Shown here: piece by piece, positions 41,915 to 55,690 of the stretch
Position numbering within the stretch: position 1 is the stretch's first letter
How the letters are laid out: the number at the start of each line of letters is the position of its first letter
Origin: Octopus vulgaris
Taxonomy: Eukaryota
Direction: 5' to 3'
Assembly: GCA_951406725.2 (NCBI GenBank)
Contig: OX597830.1
Coordinates: 37,758,001 to 37,822,000, forward strand
Length of the DNA stretch: 64,000 nt
Made by a program: the position numbers and the translations under genes
Notes under the pieces: generated by a model
Told to the model about the DNA's origin: nothing
Database searches by the model: none
The model's input: only the letters and a program-made list of their open reading frames with translations

Positions 41915-42151
41915 AAATTTCGGAAGTTATTTCCAAATTATCATTCATGCCATAAAGTTAAAGTGGCGACGTAATCATATAGTAATTGACCAAAGCAGAA
42001 CTACTGAAATCATCTTTTACTGTAAAAATCTAAAATATGCAAGTCATATAACTAAATCAAATTAAGATACGTCCTTGAAACAGCACTCTTAATTTTCGCC
42101 AAGATAAGGAAGAGAATCAGTACAAACCGATTTGGAAATGCACTCATTAAT

Positions 42152-42232
<81 letters not shown>

Positions 42233-42852
42233 TATATTATATATACACTCACATACACGCACACACACACTCACACATATATAATAGAAATGCTAATTTA
42301 ATGATAATTATCTATAGCACACTCTACACAAAAGTACCTCAGAAAATTTTAATAACGTAGTAAAATTTGAATAAATTGAAAATTAATTAGGCAAGAACTA
42401 AATAAAAAAAAAATCTGATCTAAAGAAGACTATATATTTTAATTATTTATCGAGAAATGTAATAGAATTATCGTGAAAAATAACTCTACATGTTTTCAGT
42501 GTAGAGTGAGTGTATATCTGAATTGTTGTCGATGTTGTTATTGAAGATGATGATAGTGAAGTTGTTAAAGAAGAAGGTGAGAACAATTTTGAGGAGACGA
42601 TGAGGATGATGATGGTGGTGGAAATTTGGAAATTATTTCCAAATTATCTTTTATGGAACAAATTTGACGTGGCTACGTAATTAAAGGAATCGGATAGTAA
42701 TTGACCAAAGCAGAAGTACTGAAATCATCTTTTACTGTAAAAATCTAAAATATGCAAGTGATATAACTAAATCAAATTAAGTTACGTCCTTCAGACAGCA
42801 CTCCTAATTTTTGCCAAGATAAGGGATAGAATCAGTACAAACCGCTCATTAA
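41915..42852 (+). repeat. Local direct duplication of ~235 bp (41915-42150 and 42622-42852)
   Basis: Shared TACTGAAATCATCTTTTACTGTAAAAATCTAAAATATGCAAGT plus colinear flanks. Both copies follow GAT-rich tracts. Confidence 0.9.
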
Positions 42853-43424
42853 TTAATAAAAATATATGGCAGTTAAGCAGGTGTGCGTATGCGGGGGGCG
42901 ATGAAGTTATAAATTAAGGGAAAGTTTAAAAGGTGTGTAACCCATTCCGTTGCGGTATATCAGACGTGAAAATTTGACTATAATGAGGATGATAAGCGTT
43001 GATAAGGATAATTATGATGGTGGCGTTGATGCGAGTGATGATGCTGACGACGACGACGATGATGATGATGGTCGTGGTGGTGGCGATCAATTTGTTAAAC
43101 AGAAGAAGAAGAAGAAGAAGAAGAAGAAGAAGAAGAAGAAGAAGAAAAAGGACGAAGGAACAGAAAGAGGAGAAGAAAAGAAGAAGTGGAAGAAGAAACA
43201 AGTGTTGTTTTATATTTTTCATGTACGACTTGTGGTCATTTGCATGTATAAAAATAGATTTAAATTTATATAAATAGATTTGTATATATATAAATAGAAT
43301 TTCATGAACGAAAATGGTTTCATTGAAGAATATATCAAGAAAATATATCAAACTTCCAAAAATTTTGTGCAAGCATCTTCTTGTGATGAAGCACATGACA
43401 ACCATCCTTGAAATGGTATTGCCC

Positions 43425-43519
<95 letters not shown>

Positions 43520-43537
43520 GCACATGCACACACACAC

Positions 43538-43930
43538 ATGCTGGTGTCACGAATCAAGTCATTATCTTCAAGGAATTTCCTTCTGACAATGCGTTCCATG
43601 ACTTTCCTGACATGGGAAAGTAGAGAGACAAGTCTATAATTCTTAGCATCTGCTCTGCTACCTCCCGTGTGGATACGGCATATTATGCCATCCTTTAACT
43701 TTTTGGGAAGTCTCACTGGTGTACATTGCCACTCCACCATGTGTCCTTTCTCTCCTGTCAACATATCCTAGTACGTATCTCAGCAGCTGATATGTCCACA
43801 TTCAAATGTGTTTCTCTTAGTGTCACGCATATTGCTTCATAATACGTCACCAAGTCCCTCAGGTACTGAGTTTGGCGTTGTTAGGATGTTACGAGGACCC
43901 TAATGTTCAGTAAAAATACTGGTGTGATAT
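43538..43930 (-). mobile_element. Internally deleted APE/RT LINE relic (CR1/L2/Jockey-like)
   Basis: LLNIRVL...LRETHLNVDISAAEI...GYVDRRERTHGGVAMY (APE N-terminus) is joined at ~43720 to [43 protein letters not shown]...FLEDNDL (RT N-terminal motifs). Confidence 0.8.
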
Positions 43931-44084
43931 GTAGGGTGTGGGTAGTGGCCACTGGTCTGACATACGCATCCTTTTTGTTTGAGACGGTCGCGGATACTGG
44001 TAAGTGTTTCTCATACTGGATGTCTGGTGAAGCCACGTCAGCTGACTTACAATCTACTGTGCAACCTGCAAAAAAGCCAGTTGT

Positions 44085-44370
44085 TACACAGGAGAGCTAG
44101 GGAGAAGGGGAGATAATAAAGTAGTGGTGATCCCAAAACGAAGGTGTGCGTGCGTATGTGTAAGAGACTTTGTATGTAAGTGTGGAAGAGGGTGGTTATC
44201 TTGACGTGCGCGTGTGTATGTGCAGGTGTTAAAATGTGGGTCTGTAAGTGGTCAGTGCTGATGTGTGCGTGGTGGTGTGTTGTGACATGATGTTTTGTGT
44301 GGTATGGTGGTCTATGGTGTAGTGGTGTGTGGTGTGATGGTGTTGGGAGGTGGGGAGGCGAGAGTGATGA
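44085..44370 (-). mobile_element. Second copy of the CA-rich repeat at 18880-19128
   Basis: Reverse complement shares CACCTTCGTTTTGGGATCACCACTACTTTATTA...CTAGCTCTCCTGTGT. Confidence 0.8.
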
Positions 44371-45395
44371 AAGCAATATATATATATATATATATACATG
44401 CAAATATTTATGCTTGTATCTGTATAGAGATGTACCTCTCTGTATGGCTGTCTGTCTGTCTCTCTCTGGTTTATTTCTCTATATATCCATGTCCGTCTCA
44501 AATCTGTGTACAAGAATCGTATCTTAATGTAGCCGTCAATATATCTCCATGGTTACAATGAATATTTTTCTATTCTTATGTCAAATCCCATAGTTATGTT
44601 TCGACGACAAATTGAATTGTTTCTCTTGGTATAGTTGCGATTGAATTTATAAAGCTGACGACATTAAAATACCTTCACCTAACTGCAGCTCCTTGTCTTT
44701 CAACTTGCTTAGTTGAAATAGTAAAAGAATATGACGACCATCTCTCCTCAGAACAAGCACATGGCAACACATGTAGAGCTGCATCCGATAAAGTGAAAGC
44801 ATTGGAACCCCTACAAACGTCTAGCGACGGGACTAGCAGACTAGTCCTTGTTTCAAGCTATTTCTTCCACTCTCCAATAGTGGACACCTCGTCTGCTATG
44901 GAAGGCAATAGCTCGCAATACGCATACATTAAGCAAATACTGCAATACGAATATATCAGGCAAACACTGCAACATGCAAAAATGCTAGTTCTAACATCAT
45001 TCTAAGAGATCAACTCAGTAGTTATACTGACAATTAATATTCGTAGCTACTTCAGCATGGCTCTCCATTCGAACAGACTCTCTATATATACAGCATTAAT
45101 AAAATATAGGTAACTAGTGGAATAGAGGGGATGTGTAAAATAATGTGGTATATAAGCCCTCTGTCGAGGGCTTCTATGCCACATTATTAGATTATATTCT
45201 TTACTTATTGCACGGTGATCGCTATAAGCTTTAAGATTATATATATAAAGACACACAGGAAGTAAATAGACACCGTAAATTTTCAAAATTTCTGATCTAA
45301 GCATCTTACTATGTTTCCAGCGGCATATAATTTACAATGTAATTATGCTTTTTCATTTCAGGTGCTATTATATTAAACATTTGCGAAGAGTAACC

Positions 45396-45780
45396 ATGCC
45401 ACGCACAAAAAATTCAGCAGAACTGTCAGATTTTCAACGAGGTCGTATTGTTGGGCAAGCTGAGGCTAGTCTAAGCCAGCGAAAAATAGCCGAAAATTCT
45501 TCGAATTCCTCTTGCTATTTTTAATAGAATTATAGTGCAATTCAAGAGCCAAGGAAAAGAATAAACATATTCTCGTCCCGGGCGACCTGGGCCCTCAGAA
45601 AGGAAGCTTCGCTGTTTGAAGAGAATTGTGGAAAACGAACCCCCACTTGAAGGATTCTGACATTGCAAACAGTTAGACGTTAGTCCAAGAACGTGTGCTA
45701 CACATCTGCATAAGCTTGGGTATTATGGACGAGGAGATAGAAGAAAACTTCTCCTTCAGCCAATTAATATCAAACAGATT
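45396..45780 (+). mobile_element. Tc1-like transposase pseudogene (N-terminal DNA-binding region)
   Basis: [34 protein letters not shown] / [47 protein letters not shown] / [10 protein letters not shown]: HTH plus GRP linker, with frameshifts and a stop. Confidence 0.8.
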
Positions 45781-45815
45781 TTGAAAATTAAAAGTTTCTA
45801 TTTCCTTTCTGCATG

Positions 45816-45869
<54 letters not shown>

Positions 45870-45905
45870 CACATATGTATATATACATACACGTATGTAC
45901 GTATG

Positions 45906-45945
<40 letters not shown>

Positions 45946-46066
45946 CGTGTGTGTGTGTGTGTGTGTGTGTATTATGTCTAATACACACACGCACACACAT
46001 GCATACATACGCGCACTCACACACACACACATACAGACATATATATATACATATGCATATTTATTC

Positions 46067-46132
<66 letters not shown>

Positions 46133-46656
46133 GTGTGTGTGTGAGTTCGCGTGTGTATGCATGTGTGGGCGTGTGTGTATTAGACATAAACATTCTCATC
46201 ACATATGTGTGTTTGAATATATTTGGAAGAGAAGAAGCACGTTCAAGGCTATAGCTACAGCTGTTTCGTATATTAAGCCCATTAAAAAAAAAATTAATAT
46301 TCATAACTTTTTTATATTGAATCTCATTTTCTTGTTTCTTTATGTTTCTTCCTGTTTTACAGCAACGTCCCAACTAGTAATTTTCAGCTGCCAAAATTGA
46401 GGGTATTGTATTTTCTACTGCAAATTCCGTTATTTTGTATTAAGTAACTTCGCGAAATGTATCAGTTGCTGTTTTGCTGTTTTGCTGTTTTTTTTCCATT
46501 CTTATTAATATTAATCTTTATGGTATTACGCATAAGAATCTATTAATCTTTATAACAAATGCAGCGAGCCGGCTAAATCGCTTGCACGCCGGGTAAAATT
46601 ATTAATGTGTGTCTATGTGTATGTTTGTGCACGCACGTGCGCAAGTGTGTATGTAT

Positions 46657-46717
<61 letters not shown>

Positions 46718-47074
46718 GTGCAGGATTGGGTGAGTGATAAGAACCTTGCTTCACAAACACATGGTTCCAGTTTCAGTCCTACCACGTAGCAACATGGACA
46801 AGTGTGTTTTATCATAGACTCGGGCCGATGAAATCCTTGAGCGTATTTGCTTGCGGAAACTGAAAGAAGCCCGTCATATTCATACGTACATATGTGTGCA
46901 TGTGAGTGTGTCTTTATAAGTGTGCTTGAAATTCACTACCATTTGACCACGGTGTTGGCGTATTTAAGTTCCCGTAACCAAACCGCTCAGCAAAATAGTC
47001 CGATAGAATATGTAAAAGAGGTAATGGGGCTAAAATTTCTCAAGACTGCAGTATAATGACTGAAACAAGTAAAA

Positions 47075-47075
<1 letters not shown>
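46718..47075 (+). mobile_element. SINE family B, diverged copy
   Basis: Colinear with 16176-16628 (CTCGGGCCGA, GGAAACTGAAAGAAGCCCGTC, ATGACTGAAACAAGTAAAAG). Confidence 0.8.
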
Positions 47076-47114
<39 letters not shown>

Positions 47115-47769
47115 TTTCTTTGTACATAATGAAAACAAAATCTTCCGCAAAAATGGTTCATGTTTTGTATTGAAATATGTGCATGAGTTTAAAGTAAGGC
47201 ATATCTAAGCGTGGTATTTAATTACCGTAAGATACAGAGATAAATTGAGTCCCAAATATTATTGATACATATGGGTATGAAAAGAACTGAGAAACAACCT
47301 TAGTTTATAATTCACATTGAAATATTTTTCAATTTTTCATTTAAAATAAGCACCTTTTCTCTTGCTGAGATGTAAGATGTCCTGATGCAAGTGGTGGCTA
47401 TTACATATCTCCTTTTTAAGTTAGGAGGCTATGATAATATTGACAAAAAGGGGGAATTTTCTTAGATAAACACGTATATCCAAAACAAAAAACAATTTGT
47501 ATTTTTTTAATGAAAGTATAAGCTTAAACCTAAGCTTATTTTGCGCTCCATTACTGTATCATCAAGAGAGAGACACCATGAAAATGCATGCTCATGAATG
47601 ATTGACTTACTAGAAGTAGCATCGGTGATAGGCACGGAAACCTTTACACCCAATAAAATGGATATTTTAACTGCTGATTATGTTGTGCTCAATGAACGAT
47701 TGAATATTCTTGCGATGAAAACCCTTGAATATAAGCCTTACTTTCCAGATAAATATAATCTCTTATGGA

Positions 47770-47935
47770 TGAGCAATTTTGGAACGGTGGGTTAAATCGA
47801 TTGCATCTACTTATATTAGCAACTCCGTATAAGGAAATGCAAAGACGACCTTGACAAAATTTGAATTCAGAGCGTAAAGACAGAGAAAATTCTGCGAATC
47901 GTTTTGTACAGCATGCTAACGATTTCACCAGCTAT
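47770..47935 (-). mobile_element. Old SINE family A copy
   Basis: TTAAATCGATTGCATC...GCAAAGACGACCTTGACAAAATTTGAATTCAGAGCGTAAAGACAGA...GCTAACGATTTCACCAGCT. Confidence 0.65.
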
Positions 47936-47963
47936 CGAACTTTATATTGTCAATGAACATATT

Positions 47964-48519
47964 CTATACTCCTCAAGGCACAAAGCCCGAACCTTTTGAG
48001 GAATGGGCCAGTGGGTTAGATCGATCCCAGTATGCAACTGACACTTAATTTATCGACCCCGAAAGGATCAAAGGCAAAGTTGAACTCGGAGGAATTTGAA
48101 CTCAGAACATAAAGACAGACGAAATACATATTTCTTTACTACCCACAAGGGGCTAAACACAGATAAGACAAGCAAACGGATTAAGTTGATTATATCGACC
48201 CCAGTGCGTAACTGGTAGTTATTTAATCGGCCCCGAAAGGATGAAAGGCAAAATCGACCTCGGCGGAATTTGAACTCAGAACGTAACAGCAGACGAAATA
48301 CCTATTTCTTTACTACCCACAAGCGGCCAAACAAGGACAGATAAAGGGATTAAGTCGATTATATCGATCCCAGTGCGTAACTGGTGCTTATTTAATCGAC
48401 CCCGAAAGGATTAAAGGCAAAGTCGACCTCGGCGGAATTTGAACTCAGAACGCAATGACAGACGAAATACTGCTAAGCATTTTGCCCGGCGTGCTAACGT
48501 TTTATCCTGCTCGCCGCCT
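47964..48519 (-). mobile_element. Trimeric SINE family A insertion with a single 17-bp TSD
   Basis: Three tandem B-box + core + tail units under one head. TSD TTGTCAATGAACATATT (47947-47963) / TTGTCAAAGAACATATT (48520-48536). Confidence 0.9.
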
Positions 48520-51500
48520 TTGTCAAAGAACATATTGAACATCATTGAGTTCAGCTACCGCTTGTTGAACATTCTTTAGTTAAAATATAAATCGGATGCT
48601 ACAAATATGATGTTCTTATTAGAGACTCATGAAATATCTATTTCCAAGATGTAACTATATTCTACGTTATATATTATCTAATTTTTCTAAATGTTTCTTT
48701 CACATGTAGGCAAAAGTACAGATATTCATAAAGTGTATTGATAGTTAGTGCCTTATGGGTACATAAAATTATTTATGATATTCAGTAGCATTTATGCGTA
48801 TTAATGTATGATCAATATTTACTTTAATGAAAATATATGATGAAACATTATAAATACAATCTTGCACGTCAACTGCGATAATATTGTAGATAGAATTATG
48901 AATATTTAATCTGAAGTGTTTGCGATATTTACAAGCTTCCGCATGGATTGGTATACATGGAATATGGTTAAGTTGCCGCTTATTTTACGATTTGATTACT
49001 AATGATTTTGGAAACATTCTGCACGCACAAACACACACACCTACACACACATGATACACACACTCACACACACACACACACACGCACACTCACATATAAA
49101 TACACACACATAGGTAGCAAATATGGGGCATTAAATATAGGTATGTAGGGTAATGTAGCAAATATATAATGGGAGTAATATTTTAGATTGAATTGTCACA
49201 TGCTAAATATTTCGGTTGTTCTCTAAATTCATTGTAGTCAAAATCTTACTTAATTATATACATCCTAATTGATCTTTTCCGGCGTTTGATTTAGAAATAT
49301 CGCCCCCTGTAACACTATCATTTAATATGTTTTTCTGAGTACTTATTTTTAATGGACTAGAGCAATTTTGTCGACGTTGTAAAGAGAGAGACTAACGCAG
49401 GCCTTAAATATCAAATATATGTAAATAAATATGAGATGATATATAACCTGCTATTCGTTATTTCGAAAATTAGAAGCGTGTGCGTAATCGGTTGAACTAA
49501 CTGAAATAAACCAATGAATAATGTTTGAATCCAACACTACAGTCTTCAGGAAAGAAAGGGCCATTATCCAAAAGTGTTCTAAGGATAATATTTTTTAAAT
49601 TACAAGAACTATCCAATGTTACCTCAGTATTCCTGTTTAATATCAGTTACATTCAATTACTATAAATTTATTACACAAAAAAACAAAAACAAACATGAAT
49701 TAAACGTACTTTACAGAAATTAGCCGGGGCATTGAATCATCATAGCAGTAAAAATACGATATGGTGTGTTTTTCAAACAGCTTAGTTAGCATTTTGAAAA
49801 ACACTCTATGTTTACTATGTTTAATGTATAATAAAAGTCAATCAACAAAATTTCACCTACATTCAATCATTATTCATTACACAAGGAGAATTTATCATTC
49901 CACAATATGCATAATGATACATGTATGCGAAGGGGTACAATACACACCCATCATATATATATATATTGGTAAAAACGGTAAGATAACAAAAGAAAGAAAG
50001 AGACCTCAATATTATGTAAATAGAGGAAATTTATCCATAAATTAATATGTACAATTACTCAATAGTCAAGATAAAACTCTGAGTTTCAGATGCCGAAGTG
50101 GAAATCCACAACACCATATATATATATATATATATATATATGGGTAGATGGATATATTAAAATGTAAAGCCATAAATAGCATTGTGCATAATGAATCAAT
50201 TTTTCTCTATACCGAATTACGTTTGTACAAAACTCACACTACTTTTAGTTCTCGTGAAGTCACTGATAGTCATATAGCAGAACTACACTTATGGTGAGTC
50301 GATCTTAGCGTAGTCTTTATTTCTCCATCCCAACATAAAGGAAATAAACAGAACGTTGTACAGATAGGAAAATCTTGTAAAATTCGTTTTAAAACTGTAA
50401 CCTAAAGCAGTATGATGAACAGTTCTCTGGAAAATGACTTATAATGAAGTAAAACATGTCAATTTTTTCCGGCCATTGAAAGAGTGAATGTAGCGTTGTT
50501 TCTCTCCTTGGAATCGGTATCAAGTAACAAAACTACATTAGAAAATTGCATTGATTATAAAATAAATGAGAACTGACATTTAACCAAATTGTTAATTTTG
50601 GAATTATTTCAGAATGAATGTCAGATTTAAATTCCTAGTAATTATTCTGGTTTAATAATACACAATAAAGTAAATACCTTACATAAAGGAATCAATTCAA
50701 GCTAATCAGTGTATAAGGCCATACTATTTATTTACGCCGCTACTTTCGACAATAGTATTACACATATATACATACATACATGCATTCATAGATATATACA
50801 TACATAAATGTATGCATACACACCGTAGATGGAGGAATGCGCAGGGATTGCTAACATAGTAAACAAAAAGTAACTCAAGGTGTACTGAGAAGATCAAAGT
50901 ACATACATTCACGGAGTGATGTTCACCATCATCAATATGGTTCGTTGCAGGTATCCAAATGTGCAATGATACAGTTGAAAAGGTTATCGACAATGAAATC
51001 TTCAGGTAGTGATGAAATCTTTTGATAAATGTAATCATGAAGAGCGGCGGGGACTAATAATAACTGTAATAATTATGTGAAAAATAGCATTTTACCTAAA
51101 TTGAAACGGGAAATATTGAAATGATGGAATCAGAATGCGTAAATTTGAGATTATATTATGCTGGAAAGTCCTGTCGCATTTTTATCATGATCGCGTTTTG
51201 GCTGCCTCTGCAATACCTATAAGCTAAAGCTAAATAGTTAATGCGCAGAATTATTGTTCTGAATGGAAGCATTACACAAAAAACTTGCAGAAAATTTTGC
51301 CATTATTCTTCAATCGTAAAACACCCACCGTCCTTGCATCGGGTTGCTCTTACACCATAATGAAAGACCACATATTGCCTAAGTCACCACTTTATGGTAC
51401 TAAATATAGAAATTCACCTCATCCTTTGCTGCATCTAGCTATTATATTTTCCGTCCATTGCAAGATTAGTGAGAAAGAAAAGAAGTTTCGTAATTGTGAA

Positions 51501-52861
51501 AAGATTAAATATGATATTGACTATTTCCTTGCTTCCAAAACTAAAATAAATTTCGCCCGTGGAAATCTACAATTTTCCAAATAGATGATATTATTAAACC
51601 ATTGATATCAGGAAATATTTCTTTTAATATATTAAGTCCAAGGAAGCATTTGCTTCTTTGCCATTTTGAAATACGATAGTTTGTTTTCATTCCAATTTAA
51701 TACTTACGTTTTTTCACCGCTGAAGAATTTACCAAAACGATGATTAAGCCCCTGGAAATGCACAATTATGATACAGGTCGAAATATTCAACTCTGAATGT
51801 GGTGCTTTTCCATGGCGTTGTTCATTTTCCATGGCGTTGTTCAAACAAAGTAAAAGATAAACGAGCAAGAAAAACCGGAATGACAAGTTCTGAATATTTA
51901 CTTAATTTTTCCCAGAAAATTGATCATATCTTCAGTTAGAAATCTTTGCAATCTTAAAAAAGAACCAAAACAAAATAAAAAAACATATGTTACATGGAAA
52001 CCATTAAAACTTGGAAAATAAAATATAGAATATAAATTATAATTGCAGCATAAAAGTCCATTTTGTGATATGATTAATTTGCAGATTCCATTCCCTTACA
52101 ATTGCAAAAAGCGACAATCAATGAAAAGAGGGAAGATGAATACAAATGGTATGTACCATAATTAAAATTTTTATGATATTTAAATATAATTCTGAAAAGG
52201 CGTGTATATTGTAAGTAATTAAATGCCTCATTGTATTTTAATTACAGTGTTATAATTTAAATATCCCTAGATACAGGAAAACTACAGAAGCAATTTAGTA
52301 ATGATATAATTTGCGAGAACTTGTCAAGTTTATGATGACTTTATGGCGTTTCTTCGGAACGCTCTCAGCAGTTTAGCAAACATATTTTTCAGCTGATAGA
52401 TTATATTTCACACCTATTAAAATAATCCCCGTACTGTCTACATGGAGTTTAGGCATTGTACGCATTATGTACACTAAATTTCACTTCATCGATTTCTATT
52501 ATAACGTCAGGGTGTGCTCACTCATTGAGCTATGAATTTCGAGCGTCATCTGCAGTTGTTCAGTAACATATAGGAAACTTTCTATGCTGATAACTAAACC
52601 TAGATCAGATATGTCGCACACATGTACAAGAAAATTTATGGACTAAACCATCTGCTATATAATGGCAATACAGATTTGGTCAAATATAATTTTATCGAGT
52701 GAAAAAAGAAGCAAACGTAATAGATACTGTGGTCAGCAATGCAACAACAATGATTCTATAGACAAGGAATTAGGACTGTTTCATCGGCACTCACTTTAAT
52801 GTCAACTGACATATATAAAAAAAAAACTGTCATATATACATAGATGTAAAAATAAACACAA

Positions 52862-53266
52862 TCTCTTTTACTGGTTTCAGTCATTTGACTGCGGCCATAC
52901 TGGAGTACCGCTCTTAGCCGACGAAATCGACCCCAGGACTTACTCTTTGTAAGCCTAGTATTATTCTATCGGTCTCTTTTGCCGAAACGCTAAGTTACGG
53001 GGACGTAAACACACCAGCATCGGTTGTCAAGCGATGTTGGGGTGGGGGGCAAACACAGACACACAATTACACACACACACACATATATACATTTACATAT
53101 ATACGACGGGCTTCTTTCGGTTTCCTTCTACCAAATCCATTCACAAGGCATTGGTCGGCCCAAGGCTGTAGTAGAAGACACTTGTCCAAGATGCGACGCA
53201 GTAGGAGTGAACCCGGAACCATGTCATTGGTAAGCAAGCTAGTTACCACGCAGCCACTTCTGCGCC
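52862..53266 (-). mobile_element. Full-length SINE family B
   Basis: Reverse complement is colinear with 16176-16628 from head to tail. Confidence 0.9.
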
Positions 53267-54331
53267 TATATATATGCATATAATACAGACGACCATACTT
53301 ATCATTTAATGTACACAGTATAGAGATACGAACGATAAGAGAATTTTGGCATTGAGAGACACGAGTTTAGGGAGGATTTTATAAGAAGCTTCTAGTCTCC
53401 AAGTAATGGTCAGCCTCTGAACGCATGGTCTGTTAATTTTGTAAATCAGGGTGCAAATCAAGAACTTGATGTACGAGAACGGTGATAAAAGCCGAAAAAC
53501 AAAAGCGTTATGTCCTTTTGAGCATGAAAGCTTTAATAAAACTAGTTGTTGTGGAAACATTTCCAAAGGCTTTAAGACAGCTGTTCAAACCGGGGAGGGA
53601 GGATTCTTCAGTTTCCCAAAAGAAATTTGTCAAGTTTGGAGACGAGCTTTGTCCGCTTCCGTAATGATGTATATACATTCTATGTAATTATACCACATTC
53701 CCACCGGGCTAGAGTTTACATTGGCCATATTGTTGAATTCAAGGTGCCACTATGTGACTGACCGGAACTGAATCTGTGTGTGAGCCAGAAGTTTTGTGTA
53801 TATGTGCTAATGTGTGCGTGTATATGGACGCGCGTGAGTGTGTGTGCACGAACAATTTCATGTATATAAAACAATCTGTACGTGTATAATCTGTGTATTT
53901 ATACGTGTGTAGATGTGTGTATTGGTGTGTGTGTGTGTGTATGTTAGATTATCTGATGTATGCATGCGTGTGGTTGTATGAGGCTATCAGATATGTATGA
54001 GTGTGCACGCGAATATGTGTTTATAAAGCTATTATGTGCGTGTTTCCTATGAGCGTTTAGCGTATACGTGATTTCGTGTGTGCAACTTTATTTTCGGTTA
54101 AGGTGTATGTGTGTGTGTATCTGGCAATCTGACATTGTATGTGAATGTCTGGGTATAAACGTGTCCGTTCTTTTACATATCTCTGAGATGCGATTGCTTG
54201 CGTAGGTAGTGTGTGTGTGTTTATGCACGTGCGAATACATGTGCGTGAGCATATGTGTAATTGTTTTAGTTGGTGTATGAGTGTATGAGTCTGTCACAGA
54301 AAGTTTCTGTGTGTGTACGTATGTGTTGATA

Positions 54332-54371
<40 letters not shown>

Positions 54372-54634
54372 TATGTGTGTGTGACGCTTATGAATGCAGC
54401 ATCATGTGTTGCATTACACTAAAAAAAATACCTGCCTCGGAAGAAAGTTCGTTTCGCTATACACATATACATGTGCACATGCTAGAGCTTCTTGTGTATA
54501 ATATTCCTTTTATTCATTCAGGGGTGCGAATATGAAAATAAATATACGTAATATTAAAATGTGGTACGAGATTATTTACTTCTACATTATTTACTAATAT
54601 TTACAGGGCACCTATATGATATATATATGCAAAT

Positions 54635-54690
<56 letters not shown>

Positions 54691-54959
54691 ATATATATAT
54701 ATACACACGAGCAAAAGGCCCCCCACTCCCTCCAAATTTTCTGTGAACAACTTGTCCGACCGTCCCATAGGCCTCCTCTTTGAGAAACACTGATTTAGCC
54801 TAAATTTGAGACAACAGCAAAAGAAGAAATAAAGATAGACTTTTTTCCCAAAGAAAAACGATTTTATTCACACAGATATGCAACTGAAGAGTTTAAAATA
54901 CCAGTAATGATAAAAGTGTTCACTGGGAGAACAAAAGCATGGTTTAAACAATACCCTTG

Positions 54960-55232
54960 GCAGGAAAGAAATGTGCCTTTACGCAGTACAAAAACAACAA
55001 AAAGGTAAGGTGCAGTAGGAAAAAAACGATGCATGCAAATGCACGTTCCCACGCTTTTCTCTATCGCATTCTCACCTGGAATCGATTTTTGTATTTTTTT
55101 TCAAAACTTATACACGCCCTGATACCGTTGGTATCTACATATCAAATTTGAGTGCAATCGGATGGACGGTGCCCGAGATCCTACAAGACACACAGAAAGA
55201 CAGACAGAGCGGATTTTATGTTATATATGTAT
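54960..55232 (-). mobile_element. Helitron/DINE-like 5' fragment
   Basis: CAAATTTGAGTGCAATCGG...ACAGACAG...TTTTATGTTATATATG has the same layout as the 31080-31176 end of the complete Helitron. Confidence 0.45.
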
Positions 55233-55620
55233 ACATAATGAAAAAATAAATTGGGATAATTATTCACTTATAAAGCACAGCCAATTAGCGCTCTAATAAA
55301 GAGCAATTTCCAAAGGTCAGTGTTCGTATTCACTCAATATATTTGAAAGGGTCGGAATACTCCACAACATCCATAGGTGCATTAATATATACACAAGATA
55401 GAATACAAAAATTTATTAATATATGAATATGTTAAAACACGTAACTGTACTTGCGAGGTTGTATAACAGTTTCAGGATGATCTGATAAGCTGTGGGTATA
55501 CTTAACGGTTTTACTAGACTTATGGTAAAGGTAAGATAAGCCATAATCTAAAATAACACATTTAGTGAAATTTTCAAATATAATATCTAAGTTATATGAC
55601 TTAAGAATTTTTATTTATAC

Positions 55621-55690
<70 letters not shown>

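Noticed and set aside
42950-43273. 107-aa acidic/poly-Lys ORF
   Set aside because: Produced by (GAT/GAC)n and (AAG)n tracts, with a TTG start and no domain.
47964-48519. Repeat-spacer-like periodicity suggestive of a CRISPR array
   Set aside because: Units are ~170-bp SINE monomers with a B box and TSD; there are no cas genes and the context is eukaryotic.
54779-54792. TTTGAGAAACACTG, resembling a hAT/Charlie terminal inverted repeat
   Set aside because: No matching left TIR or 8-bp TSD was found, so no element can be delimited.
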